DNA of 64,000 nt from Octopus bimaculoides (Eukaryota), in assembly GCF_001194135.2 (NCBI RefSeq), contig NC_068986.1:74782107-74846106 (forward strand), in the 5' to 3' direction. The notes below the pieces were generated by a model. The model was not told the DNA's origin. It worked only from the letters and a program-made list of their open reading frames with translations, and made no database searches. A program made the translations under genes and the position numbers. Each line of letters begins with the position of its first letter. The first letter of the stretch is position 1. Shown piece by piece: positions 39,391 through 52,806 of this stretch.

Positions 39391-39723
39391 GGTGCATTGA
39401 TCAGTGATTAAAGCGACGGGCTCACAATCATGAAGTAGTGAGTTCGATTCCCAGACCGCGCTGTGCATTGTGTTCTTGAGCAAGACACTTTATTTCACGT
39501 TGCTCCCGTTCACTCCGCTATAGAAATGAGTTGCGACATCAGAGGTGCCAAGCTGTATCGGCCTTTGGCTTCGATAACGTCGGTAGCGTGAAGAGGGAAG
39601 GCTGGTATGCATGGGCAACAGTTTGTCTTCCATAAACAATCTTGCCCAGACTTGTGCCTCGGAGGGGAACATTCTAGGTGCAATCCCATGGTCATTCATG
39701 ACCGAAGGCGGTCTTTACCCTTT
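39391..39723 (+). mobile_element. tRNA-headed SINE family C, full copy with 20-bp target-site duplication
   Basis: Head ggtgcattgatcagtgattaaagcgacgggctcacaatcatgaagtagtgagttcgattccc, central gtgttcttgagcaagacactttatttcacgttgctcc. TSD TTAATTAAAAACAAT(A/G)TGAA at 39371-39390 and 39724-39743. Confidence 0.9.
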
Positions 39724-40136
39724 TTAATTAAAAACAATGTGAATGAAAGAGCATTACATTTGATAGAAAAATCTGAACGCTAAAAGGTCAAACAAAGTGT
39801 TTGTGTCCCACGGATAGTATTATATGTGATCATAATAAATGGCTTCCATCTTATTTGTTTCATATGAGTGAAACATGCCACTTGACATAAATGGTGCTAA
39901 GAATGTTATCTTGTCAGGACTGCTGTTAGCGTTGCCGTATGCCTTTCATCTACAGTTGAAAATTCTCATCATATTTATTACTCATTGCCCCTCCAATTCT
40001 GTTCCCATCGGAACGGTATATCACAGACTATAGTAACCACTTCAAGTGAGGCCATTGTAAAAAAGAATGTATGAATCATTACATCCGGATTGAGAAAAAT
40101 GTGGTTAAAAAAATAGCAACCACACACACATACGCG

Positions 40137-40189
<53 letters not shown>

Positions 40190-41170
40190 NNNNNNNNNNN
40201 NNNNNNNNNNNNNNNNNNNNNNNNNNNNNNNNNNNNNNNNNNNNNNNNNNNNNNNNNNNNNNNNNNNNNNNNNNNNNNNNNNNNNNNNNNNNNNNNNNNN
40301 NNNNNNNNNNNNNNNNNNNNNNNNNNNNNNNNNNNNNNNNNNNNNNNNNNNNNNNNNNNNNNNNNNNNNNNNNNNNNNNNNNNNNNNNNNNNNNNNNNNN
40401 NNNNNNNNNNNNNNNNNNNNNNNNNNNNNNNNNNNNNNNNNNNNNNNNNNNNNNNNNNNNNNNNNNNNNNNNNNNNNNNNNNNNNNNNNNNNNNNNNNNN
40501 NNNNNNNNNNNNNNNNNNNNNNNNNNNNNNNNNNNNNNNNNNNNNNNNNNNNNNNNNNNNNNNNNNNNNNNNNNNNNNNNNNNNNNNNNNNNNNNNNNNN
40601 NNNNNNNNNNNNNNNNNNNNNNNNNNNNNNNNNNNNNNNNNNNNNNNNNNNNNNNNNNNNNNNNNNNNNNNNNNNNNNNNNNNNNNNNNNNNNNNNNNNN
40701 NNNNNNNNNNNNNNNNNNNNNNNNNNNNNNNNNNNNNNNNNNNNNNNNNNNNNNNNNNNNNNNNNNNNNNNNNNNNNNNNNNNNNNNNNNNNNNNNNNNN
40801 NNNNNNNNNNNNNNNNNNNNNNNNNNNNNNNNNNNNNNNNNNNNNNNNNNNNNNNNNNNNNNNNNNNNNNNNNNNNNNNNNNNNNNNNNNNNNNNNNNNN
40901 NNNNNNNNNNNNNNNNNNNNNNNNNNNNNNNNNNNNNNNNNNNNNNNNNNNNNNNNNNNNNNNNNNNNNNNNNNNNNNNNNNNNNNNNNNNNNNNNNNNN
41001 NNNNNNNNNNNNNNNNNNNNNNNNNNNNNNNNNNNNNNNNNNNNNNNNNNNNNNNNNNNNNNNNNNNNNNNNNNNNNNNNNNNNTAGAACGTAAAGACAG
41101 ACGAAATGCCGCCAAGCATTTTGTCCGACGTGCTAACAATTAATAAAAATAGATAATACTAATAATGATG

Positions 41171-41233
<63 letters not shown>

Positions 41234-41809
41234 GTAATAATAATAATAATAATGAGATATTTAACGACTGGGATCGCTAGAATAATTGCCAGTCAAGTAT
41301 TGGGGTCGATCTAGTCGTTCTATTCCTCTGTCAAAAATCGATGGCCTAGTGCCAAGCTTAGAAAATCGTTTCCATTGCCTCAAACAATGACAGCCATCAT
41401 CTAATAAGCACATTATACGTCATAGAATAACAAGTCAGACCTTTTGGTTTGACCTGCAGTACATTCATCGAAGTTCGAAGACTTCCACAGGAATCTCAGT
41501 CCTACGTGACTTATACAACACGACCACTTCACATCTTAATAGCCAAACTTTTTCATTTCGCTTCTACTTCCGCCTCTATTTACTCTTCTACTTACTCCTT
41601 CTTCTGGTTATTCTTCGTTCGTAACTTTTATTTCTCTGCTTTTTACTTTAACTCCGCCCCCTTTATTTTTATCTGCTCGTTTTGTAGTCGTCCTCATACC
41701 TCCTTTTTTCCGCTTTCTCTCTTGATATTTTCGGTTTTTCTTGTTCTTTTGGTGGTTGATAATAATGATAATACTTATTACTCTCTCCTCTTTTTAACGA
41801 TTTAAATAT

Positions 41810-43290
41810 CAGGCCAACTGGTAATGGATGCCTTCTCGATTGACTACTTGTCCTCTTCTCATGACTAACATTGCACACTTATCTATCCCAAATTCCGTGC
41901 TTATATCTTTGCTGAAGAGTCTAACAGTCTGTATTAACGAATCTATCACTTTATTCTTACTAAAAAGCTTTAGATCATGCATGTAGAGCCAATGGTTAAT
42001 TTTTCCCTTACACTTTCTAAACTGGTACTCTGCCTTTGCCTTCCCTAATACTAAACTGAGGGGGATCAAACATAAGACAAATGTTAAAGGGAACAACGAG
42101 TTCCCCTAGAAAATTCCTCTTTTGAAATTAACTTTCCCAAAGAGTGTGTCAACTGAGTAGAGATCTACTTTTCATTTCTTCACGCTACAACTAATTAATT
42201 CTCTTATGCCTGTTATACTGAACATACTCAAACATTCACTTATCCATGAGTGTGAGATCATGTCATAGGCTTTCCTATAATCTATACATGCTTTTGCTAG
42301 ATTTTCCTTCCTGGCTTTTACTTCGTTTAGAACTGTTTTGTTTATGTATAATAGATCGTGCGTTCTTCTAGTCTTCTTCCTGAAACCTTTCTCTTCTTCT
42401 GGTAGTAAATTCTGGCTGTCAAGGTGCTCGTAAATGCTTTCTGAAATCATTTCTGTTAACAGCTTCCACACTAATGTCTAAAGTTGCTAGCTGCAATACC
42501 TTTACTCTTATCTTTCATAATGAGTATTGTCCTTCCTCTAGTCATCCAATCTGGTATTATTCATCCATTCAGGCAATCCTGAAGTTGTTGCCTCAACCTC
42601 CCATGTAAACTATTAAATTTTATAGTCAGTATCCTTGTACTAAATCTGGTACTGGGCTCTTCCAATTCGGCATTTTCCTAACACTTTACTCATTAAAGCA
42701 CTAGTTAATCTTAGATCTGGCTGATTCTCACTCACTTTCCTCTCTTTCTTTAACCACACTGCAGCTCCATTATGATTGACTGGTGTATCCCAAATATTAC
42801 TCTAGACCTTTCTAGCTTCTTCTGCATTAAGTTTCTCATCTTCATTACTTTGTTCTCCACTATTTATTTGGTTACAAAATTACCTCCGTTCTGTCTCAAA
42901 CAATTTATTCTGTTGTTATAGATCTATTTTTTTCTAATATCTGGAAAGCTTACCTGCTACTGCTATGATACGCCATTTCAACCCTTCTAGTACTATTCCA
43001 AATCCATTCACTTAGACTAAATGTCTTTTTTTTTTCGAGGGAAGATTTGCATCTTATGTTTCCTAATTTGTTTGTTTTCCAGGCTTCGATTATACTCAGA
43101 TCTTCTCTTAAAGTCTTCACTTTATTTTGTAGTTCTCTTTTCCACATTTGCTCTTTTTAAATCTTTCCCTGTGAGTTATCTAATCTTCGGGTGGCTACTA
43201 TCCTCTCCCGAAAAGATCAGTACGTTAGTGTCTCCTATATTTTTAGTATCTATCCGACTGATAACAGAATCTACTTGTGCCAAATAAATG
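41810..43290 (-). mobile_element. R4/Dong-clade non-LTR retrotransposon, RT-containing fragment (decayed)
   Basis: Fragments MPNWKSP, PDWMTRGRTILIMKDKSKG, LLPEEEKGFRK, IDYRKAYDMISHSWI, FVLCLIPLS, YMHDLKLF (YxDD), EFGIDKCAMLVM; many frameshifts and stops. Confidence 0.9.
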
Positions 43291-43299
43291 AAATCATGA

Positions 43300-44735
43300 T
43301 AATAATAATAATATTCACTAGTTTTAATTTTTTATCGTGCTTTCACTTCACTACCGAGCGCAGCTCTGTGTGCCTTGGGTATGTGCTGTGGTTTACTGTG
43401 ATGCTCTTATGGTTACTGTATTGAAAGTGTTTTGCGTAGGATGTGTGCAGTGCTCAGTAGTGCAATTTTCTGTATGTTATATATATTTGTAAGTCCTGGT
43501 ATCTTTGTTATGTATTTGTCTGAATATTTTTTTATCATACCTAATGCGCCTACTATGATAGGAATTGTTTCTGTTTTTAGATTCCACATTCGAGCTATCT
43601 CTATTTCCAGGTCTTTGTATTTTGAAAGTTTCTCCATTTCTTTTCGAGAAATATTGTCATCTGCTGGTATTGATACATCAATTAGAAAGCATTCTTTTTT
43701 CTTCATGATCTCTGACAACTACATCTGGCCTATTGGCTTTAATTTCTCTATCTGTGTGTATTGGCATATCCCAGAGTATGGTTGCTTTCTCGTTTTCTGT
43801 GACCTTTTTCTGGCGTGTGCTTATTCCATCTTTTTTCTGTTGTTATTCCATAGTGTTGGCATAGCTTCCAGTGTATGTAGGTCCCAGCTCTGTCGTGTCT
43901 GTGAATATATTCCTTCTTAGCCAGGAGTGGACAGCCAGAGATAATATGATTTATTGTTTCTTGTCCATCTCCATCTATTCTGCTGTTACTTGTTATATCT
44001 CTTTTCATTATATGTCTTTGGTAATTTCTTGTGAGGAGGCTTTGGTCTTATGCTGCAATTAAACATCCTTCAGTCTCTGCTTTGAGTCCTGAGCTTCTCA
44101 ACCATTGCTGGGATTTTCCTCTGTCTGTTTCTTTTGCATTTAGTTTAGCCCAGTATTTGACATGAAGGGACTTTTCTTGTCATAGTTTTATTATGGTCCG
44201 TTGGTGTTCTAGTTTTAGTTTGGATTTCATTTGATTTATAGCTTTTTTTTTCTTCTTCTTCTTCTTCTTCTTCTTCTTCTTCTTCTTCTTCTTCTTCTTC
44301 TTCTTCTTCTTCTTCTTCTTCTTCTTCTTCTTCTTCTTCTTCTTCTTCTTCTTCTTCTTCTTCTTCTATTTCATATTTGTTAGATAGTATGATTTCTTGT
44401 TCGTAATTGTCAGCTTCCTTAAATACTGAAAACAGTTTTTTGTTTTGTTCGTGTTTTGTGGCTATTTGTATTAGTTTTCCTCGCTTCTGAAGTAGGTATT
44501 TTTGTAGTCCTATGTTGGTTATTTTATAATAGTTTTCCAGCTGTATAAGGCCTCTACCATTTTCTATACGTTGTATATATGGCCTTTCTATATCAGATTT
44601 TGGGTGGTGCATCCTAGATCCTATCAGTATTTTTCTTGTTTTCCTGTCTATTTTGGTAAGTTCATTTAGTGTCCAGTTAAGGATATTGTATCTGTAACTT
44701 ATAACTGGGACGGCTAAAGTGTTAATACCTATTAA
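43300..44735 (-). mobile_element. R4/Dong-clade 3' fragment: thumb, CCHC finger, REL endonuclease, 3' UTR
   Basis: GINTLAVPVISY..., ETINHIISGCPLLAKKEYIHRHD, IDVSIPADDNISRKEMEKLSKYKDLEIEIARMW...IIVGALG...ILRKTL; 3' UTR ends at a trinucleotide run near 43300-43315. Confidence 0.9.
44250..44367. repeat. (TTC)n, ~39 units, in frame within the R4/Dong ORF (poly-Glu)
   Basis: Direct reading; the ORF track shows KYEIE(E)nKKSY. Confidence 0.95.
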
Positions 44736-44929
44736 GACAATAGCGCACGTGAGGTCTATGAAAGTAACTTTCCTTTGTTTTTAGCACCACCTTCTACATC
44801 GCAAAACAACAGGAATCAATGACAACAACTAGTAACATAAGCACACTTCAACCTACCCGCCACGCTGGCGGTAGCAGCAAGCCCAAAACCACCACAACAA
44901 TCACCACCCATCTCATTAACAAATAAGAC

Positions 44930-45232
44930 ATGAGAGAAAACTAACCACGCAAATCCACCCTTAGCGAGTTTGATTTCACGCAAGCGATAAAGCAAGTAAA
45001 CGAAGACATTTTTATAAACGAGAGTGTGGAAGTAAGATTCGCCTCAGAGGAGAAGGCCAAAAATCATTCAAGGGCAACCCTAACGAGTGACGAATTCATC
45101 CTTTTCCACTCTACCATGGTCGAAGAGTATTCAAAGTCAAAAAAAAAAAGCATCTGTTGGTTGGTGGCTGCGATTCTCTTCGACATAGAAGAGAAAACTA
45201 CTATTCTGCGAATGCAGAGTACGCAGAAGCAA
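44930..45232 (+). mobile_element. Possible non-LTR ORF1 fragment
   Basis: NESVEVRFASEEKAKNHSRATLTSDEFILF...WLVAAILFDIEEKTTILR. Protein-like, frameshifted at a poly-A, truncated by (TACA)n. Family uncertain. Confidence 0.3.
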
Positions 45233-45730
45233 TACATACATACATACGTACATACATACATACATACATACATACATACATACATGTATAAGTATACACA
45301 CACGTATATACATACATACATGTATATGTACGTATGCATGAGTCTATGTATATGTACGTCTTTGCGTAGGTGTGCGCGCGCATTCTGGAGTTTTGTTTAT
45401 GCATACATTTGCATTCTCTTTGAATATGCTCCCTATACAGGTTATCTCTATTTCTAGATCTTTATATTTTCATAGCGTCTTATTTGCTAGCAAAGACATA
45501 ACGTACGCTGATATCAGGAATTTTTCATTTTCTGTTGGTCTCTCGCAATAGCATTTGAACAATTTGTCTTTATCTCCTTGTCTCTCGAAATTGACGTCGT
45601 ACCTTCTTGTCATTCTCCCGGATAGTTAATCTGTATTTAGTTAATCTCCTTTTTGTCGTTATTCTATAAAAGATGAGATTATATGTAGCATATGATTGTA
45701 CCAATTTCGCCACGCCTCCCTCTCTTTCTC

Positions 45731-45795
<65 letters not shown>

Positions 45796-45816
45796 NNNNN
45801 NNNNNNNNNNNNNNNN

Positions 45817-45865
<49 letters not shown>

Positions 45866-46037
45866 TCAGTTTCTCTCTACTCTCTCTCACTTTCTGTTCT
45901 TCACTCACACTCTCTCTTTCTCACGGACACAGTGTTATGGCTTAATCATTTTGGCACTCAAAATATTGCTTTGAACTAATTGCTCTATCTGGTCTGAGAG
46001 TGCTCCTTTCAACCTACCAACTCTGTGAACACAAGCA

Positions 46038-47175
46038 GCAATTACAGCTTGAATTCTATGAGGTATGGACTCGTACAAAGTTTGAATTGTTTCCAAAGGA
46101 ATTTTTGTCCATTCTTCAGTTAAAACAGTCTCCAGTTCTTGTAGTGATGATGGTGGAGGATATCAACTATTTACTTGTTTTTCTAAAATGCAGCATAAAT
46201 GTTCACTAATATTGAGATCTGGGGACTGTGATGGCCAGATAAGATGTTCAACTTCACTAGAATGTTCATTGTGCCATTTAGTAACAACTTTAGATGTGCG
46301 ATTTGGTGCATTATCATCTTGACAGATTGCGTTTCCCTCCAGAAACAGTTCCGTAACGATAGGATGAATTTGATCAGAGAAAATGCTTAAATAGTCTTCA
46401 CTATTAATTCTGTCATGAAGGGAAACCATTGGGCCGGCAGATTTCCAAGATATAGCCCTTCCCAGGTCATCACAGATCCTTCTCCATGTTTAACAGTGGG
46501 AAGAAGGCAGTCTGGGTCAAATGCTTCTTTTGGCTGTCTCCACACGTATACTCGGCCACTAGTCGAAAATAAGGTAAAGGATGATTCGTCCGAGAAAATA
46601 ACATTCTTCCACTGCTCTAAGGATCAGTTCTGTAGGTTTTTACTCCACTCTAAACACTTTGCAACGTTTGATTTTGAAAGTAGTGGTTTTCTTATTGCAA
46701 CCCTCCCGTGAAATCCGGCTACGTGCAGCTCCCGGCGAACAGTTTTGTGGAAACTAGGTTCTTGAGTGGTCATTAAGCTCTACAGAAATTTTGGGATCTG
46801 CACTTTTGTTATCCTTTCTAACAATTCAAGTAAGAGTTCGACAGTCGCTATCTGAAAGCTTGGGTTTTCTCCGGAGTTTTGTTTCGACAACGAGGAGGTT
46901 TTTCCCTCTTTCTCAAAGGCTGTCATTACTTTCGAGACAACACTTGATACACCAAACATTTCGGTTATTTTCGTTACGTTAGCGCCTGCCATACGATCAC
47001 CAACAATCTGCCTTTTTCTGATGATATCTGAAAAGAAACAACAATTTTAGCAAAACATATTAAGCAACACTAATAATAAATAAAAAAAAACATAAAAATA
47101 GACAAGCTTTTGACGGTTTTATAGATATTTCAAAATTATGATGCTAGGTGCTTCTATTAATTTTTCCAGCCGCTG
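46038..47175 (-). pseudogene. Tc1-family (DD34E) transposase remnant with one TIR
   Basis: Minus-strand frames contain KTVRRELHVAGFHGRVAIRKPLL, QWKNVIFSDESSF, TVKHGEGSVM, CQDDNAP and WPSQSPDLNISEHL, with stops and frameshifts. The end CAGCGGCTGGAAAAATT at 47175 abuts (TA)n. The other TIR was not found. Confidence 0.9.
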
Positions 47176-47176
47176 C

Positions 47177-47214
<38 letters not shown>

Positions 47215-47216
<2 letters not shown>

Positions 47217-47305
47217 AAGCAAAGAAGCTGAAAGTGCCACGCAATGGGACTGAACCCGGAACAATGTAGTTGAGAAGTTAGCTTCTTACCACACGCCCAC
47301 GCCTA
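47215..47305 (-). mobile_element. SINE family A head fragment
   Basis: gtgccacgcaatgggactgaacccggaac...cttaccacacgcccacgcct. Confidence 0.75.
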
Positions 47306-47769
47306 TGTGTGTGTGTTTTGTGTGCGTGTATGTGTATACATATATTTATGCGTGTGTTTGTATGTATGTGTGTGTGTGCATGTGTGTGTGCATGTGTGTG
47401 AATGTGTGCATATGCATGTGTGTGTGCGTGTGTGTGTATCCACAGCACATACGCTCACACACAAAGAAGAGTGCCTTCATTTGTGAAAACAAAGAATTTC
47501 AGAAGACTAAATAGTAAATAGACGTCTGTGATTCCACATTTCCTTTCGTTTTGGTGCATGTGACAGCATTGGATTGTTGTTGTTTGATTCCAGACGTCAG
47601 TAAATTGATAGAAAACTTTAAATTATAGAAAAGGAAAGGAAGAAGATAAAACTGCGCAATAATAAAAACAAAACCGTGACTCGGGGAGACAGAGACACAC
47701 ATTATAATCGATATTAATCAATGCACCTTCGATAACCAGGACCAACTGAAGCACATAATAACAGCAACA

Positions 47770-47804
47770 ACAGCAACTATAATAATGATGATGATGATGA
47801 GGAC

Positions 47805-47854
<50 letters not shown>

Positions 47855-48041
47855 CAACTATAACAACAAAAATAATTCTTTCTGTCAATAATAAAAAATA
47901 ACAGCAACATAAATAACACTGCTACTATAACTACTACTACTACTACTATTACTACTACTACTACTATTACTACTGCTGCTGCTGCTGCTACTACTACTAC
48001 TACTACTGCTACTGCTGCTACTATTACTACCACTGCTACTT

Positions 48042-48073
<32 letters not shown>

Positions 48074-48162
48074 GCTACTGCTGCTATTATTACTACCACT
48101 GCTACTGCTACTACTACTACTACTACTACTACTGCTGCTACTACTACTACTACTACTACTAC

Positions 48163-48207
<45 letters not shown>

Positions 48208-48215
48208 TAATAATA
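47770..48215. repeat. Compound trinucleotide microsatellite (AAT/ACT/GCT)n
   Basis: Direct reading; explains the poly-S/V/L/I ORFs in the track. Confidence 0.95.
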
Positions 48216-49339
48216 ATAATATAGGAGCGCATGAAAAACTAACATAATTAGTTATTTGCAAGCAACAGTAGAAATGTTAGCAGCTAGAAATAGCGACAAC
48301 ATATCATTGACACAAATAAGTAGTTTGCTGTCTGGCTTTGTTTCCAGTTCTATACACTTCCAGATGGATAGACTAAATTTCAATGAAAGAAAAGAACAGT
48401 TCACAAAGTTGATATGTACGTATTGGAACCACAGTTGATTAATTTACAGCTTTAGACCATAAACTATCATCTTCTTGAAGCATGAAGATATTGGAATCAC
48501 TTCAGACAATACATCGTATTCTTCAGTGCATCCCAAACTCGACCGACAGAACCGCCTGTTAAGTAGCCGTCAGTCGAACTGCTGGAAAAAAGTCACACTG
48601 TGTTAGCTTAAAAAAAAAAGGACAGGATGCATTGTATGATGCATTCCTAGATACATTAGGCCTGTGAAAAGGAAAGAGACGATATGGTTCTTGTAGGAAT
48701 GACTTCGATCATAGGATGGAAGAATCAGGGCTGATCTGTTGCTAAACAATAACAACGAAAAAACACGAATTCAACAAAAAAAAAAAAAAAAAAACCAGCA
48801 AAAGTACTAACACTGCACGTGACTAGGCTTCAAAATTGGAATTGCTTAGCAGTGTGGCACGGAACTAAATTCTGTAAAGTATGTAGTCTGGTAATAAATC
48901 TATTTGTTTCCCAAATAGCAAAGTAACGGTAACTCAGTTTATAATCTGACGGCGTGAAGAATGAGTTTCTATGTCGTAGATAAGTCTGCTAGAAACAACA
49001 GTTGAATCTGTCCCCTATGCGACCAATGTTATGCACCGTGCCTGGGTAAAATAGATAGGATGATCACAACTGAAAAGTTTCTGGTCACAGTTTTTTTTTC
49101 TCTTTTTTTATATAAGGTTTTTAATTCCATCTACCGTAGTCCTCTGTATAACAGTTACACAAAAACATATTCATGCTTCACTGTAGCGTAAATAGTTTCA
49201 TTGCACCGACAGTCAAACGTCCAACACCATTTCTCAAGAACATCAGACACTTTTGGCTCAAACGTGGTAATAAGTTTATAGACAGCAACAAATGAAGAAC
49301 AAAGACAATCAAGATGACGTTTGGTGCACTTAGAACTGC

Positions 49340-49505
49340 AACGTATAAAATTTATTTTCAAGAAGTTTGCTTGCTTCCCAACCAAATGTTTCTTGGTTCA
49401 GTCTCACTGCATGGCAACTTGGACAACTGTCTTCTACTATAGAGCCTCGGGCCGACCAAAACCTCGCGAGTTGATTTGACAAGCAGAAACTGAAAGAAGC
49501 CCGTT
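49340..49505 (+). mobile_element. SINE family A head fragment
   Basis: tttgcttgcttcccaacc...ggttcagtctcactgc...cttctactatagagcctcgggccgacc...ctgaaagaagcccg. Confidence 0.75.
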
Positions 49506-49506
49506 T

Positions 49507-49548
<42 letters not shown>

Positions 49549-49717
49549 NNNNNNNNNNNNNNNNNNNNNNNNNNNNNNNNNNNNNNNNNNNNNNNNNNNN
49601 NNNNNNNNNNNNNNNNNNNNNNNNNNNNNNNNNNNNNAACGAGCGAAACTTTCGGCTCTTGAGTCACACTGAAACTTCTGATTATTTTACAAAAATGGCA
49701 TACGTAAATAGATAGAC

Positions 49718-49764
<47 letters not shown>

Positions 49765-51551
49765 AGCATACATACAAGAGTGTGGTCCGAAAGTTTTAAT
49801 CCCGACCACAGCAGGAAAGATGTTTTTATCAAGGATCATAGTGATGCTAAAACCGTTGGAACATCGCTCGCATTTACATATATACAGGCATACATTCGTA
49901 CATATGAGTGTATTATGTGCGTATATATCAATGGGAATTTACCCTCTCTCCCGCATACATTATATAAATATATATATATATATAGTAAAACTCCACTACT
50001 TCTTCAGTTCTGTTGCAGCTAAATTATACTAAAATCGCGCTAGTCACGTAATGTAAACAACATCGTTTGTTTTACCTTTGAAATCAAGCAGTATTAACGT
50101 CATCTCCTTATTTAGGCGAGCGACTTGTTTCAACACATCTCACTACTAATCAGGTAGAAAAGCTCTTACGAATGGTTTTACTGGCTTAGAATACTAAATC
50201 AGTCATATATGTTTTAGGGAGGAAAGGAAAAAAAAAACCACAGATTGGAAGAATCATAAATTTAATCGTTCTGGACGCTTGTGTTTGCATCTTCACCTGC
50301 AGTATTATTTGTCTTTCGTATATCGTTCATTATCAGGTCTGATATTTATGTGTATGCATGATATAAATGTATGCTTGTTTAGAGATTGGGGAATAGTAAA
50401 TACAAAAAGGAAATTCAAAATGGAATTATTTAAAGGATTCTGAAATATTAAAGTTAACTTTCATTGAAAAGCCTACAATAAAAAAGGGTTCCAACCGTGA
50501 CCGTCTTTTCGTGAATTCGGATAAATAAAGTCTACTCTGTAACTAAGTTGTCCAACGTGGCTTTCGTTTTTAAGACAGTGACTTATTATTTGAAGGAGAT
50601 TTAGTTGCTATTTCTAGTACATCGACCAGTCGTGAGATTACATAGAGCTTTCGTCGTTGAATCAAGATAAAGGCACGGAGTATGTGTGTGTTTGCATACG
50701 TGTACGTGCTTCTATGCATTCATATGTATGGGTGTATGTGTATACCTGTGTACGTGTGCTCATATGTGTACGTATGTGTATCTACGCTTCAGTATGTGGG
50801 TGCGCATATGTATGTGTTTTGTACAATATACTGTATAAAGACACGTTGTATGACATGACCAAATAAAAAAAGCAGATAGTCGACATATCACGTGACCAAT
50901 AGTGAATAGCTGAAATCTCATTGTCGTTTTTGTTGGGTTGCTTTTTATGGTATGTCATAATTGGAAATTAATTTTTATGTGAGTTATATATTTTAGAAAT
51001 TTCAATAAAATATTATGATGAATAAAACAATGTTGGTGTATTGTTGACAGAGTTACAGATTGACGCCATAAATCTTCTGTAATAATAAAGTAAAAATGTT
51101 TCAGACTAAGCCACTGTGTATGCTTCTTTATTGAAAACATTCAATCTAATCCCATAATTTGTTAAATAAAGCCATTTTCCCTGCGTTGAACAATAAACCT
51201 GTCAAACATTAATGATATTTTGTTGTATTATTTCGACGTGAACATCCATATTAATTTACGTAAAATACAGATTTGAGGGTTTGCGTTGGTAAGAAATAAT
51301 CCCAGAGGCAGTTTGGTGGTTCAATAATTGTATCCACAGTGAATAAAGGGAGTGAGGGATTCAATGTCCCGTCCGACAGGCGCTTTTACCGAGAACGGCA
51401 AGACAGATTTCTGTGCGTTGTAATTGAAATATATCACAACCACCGCTTTTATTCCAAACAAAATACACCAACACCGGTTGTCAAGTGGTAGTAGGGGACA
51501 AACGCAGAAACAAAGATACACACACACATACATAGATGCATATATATATAC

Positions 51552-51582
<31 letters not shown>

Positions 51583-52160
51583 NNNNNNNNNNNNNNNNNN
51601 NNNNNNNNNNNNNNNNNNNNNNNNNNNNNNNNNNNNNNNNNNNNNNNNNNNNNNNNNNNNNNNNNNNNNNNNNNNNNNNNNNNNNNNNNNNNNNNNNNNN
51701 NNNNNNNNNNNNNNNNNNNNNNNNNNNNNNNNNNNNNNNNNNNNNNNNNNNNNNNNNNNNNNNNNNNNNNNNNNNNNNNNNNNNNNNNNNNNNNNNNNNN
51801 NNNNNNNNNNNNNNNNNNNNNNNNNNNNNNNNNNNNNNNNNNNNNNNNNNNNNNNNNNNNNNNNNNNNNNNNNNNNNNNNNNNNNNNNNNNNNNNNNNNN
51901 NNNNNNNNNNNNNNNNNNNNNNNNNNNNNNNNNNNNNNNNNNNNNNNNNNNNNNNNNNNNNNNNNNNNNNNNNNNNNNNNNNNNNNNNNNNNNNNNNNNN
52001 NNNNNNNNNNNNNNNNNNNNNNNNNNNNNNNNNNNNNNNNNNNNNNNNNNNNNNNNNNNNNNNNNNNNNNNNNNNNNNNNNNNNNNNNNNNNNNNNNNNN
52101 NNNNNNNNNNNNNNNNNNNNNNNNNNNNNNNNNNNNNNNNNNNNNNNNNNNNNNNNNNNN

Positions 52161-52806
52161 ATGTCTTGCAAACAACTCGCACATGCAAGTGCTACTAGTC
52201 GAGAACTCTGCATACCGGAAGCCAGCAAGTGTATGGGGTCATCAGGAGAGAATGCGCGCCGTTTCGGGGCCTACCTCTCAACACCATCAATGCGCACTGG
52301 CCTCCACTCACTGATATGAGGCCCCGCTCGCTAGATCAACTGGTTATTAAAAACAAAGCTCAATATTTCTCTAGCCATCGCTCATCGTCTCTTTTTAACC
52401 AAATCCAGTGGTTAGCCTTCTCCACTGTATTTTGGATATCGGTCATGGTGGTATTTACCTTACGATGAGTTAGGACTAACGATAACAATAGTCGTCTCAC
52501 ACTGTGTCCAACAAACCCTGTACATCCAACTTCGATTGGGAAATGCTCCGCTTTCCAGCCTGCGTTTTCACATTTCTCGAGGAGGTTTGCATAACGGTCA
52601 ATCTTTCGAGCCCGCGCGGCGTCCATATTATCTTCACGAGGAACCGTTAACTCGACTAGATTTACAACTTTCCTTCTTTCACACCACATTAAAATGTCCG
52701 GTTTTTCTGTAACTGGGATGGGAAAGAATGCCTGGCACCCAGGCAAATCTGCAGTCACTTCCCAATAGTCGTTCCACTTTTCATCTCTCACAGGAAGTTT
52801 CTTGTG
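52161..52806 (-). mobile_element. HERO-like REL non-LTR retrotransposon 3' fragment
   Basis: Open frame EKPDILMWCERRKVVNLVELTVPREDNMDAARARKIDRYANL...GWKAEHFPIEVGCTGFVG...EKANHWIWLKR (PD..ELTVP..K..Y REL signature); stop at 52360; GC-rich 3' UTR. Confidence 0.8.

Noticed and set aside
52239-52285. Hammerhead core words (GAAAC ... CTCTC-CTGATGA, with upstream GTT-GAGAG) in the HERO 3' UTR, minus strand
   Set aside because: The order fits no type I/II/III topology, stem II would be CCCC against CCCC, and the cleavage base would be U.
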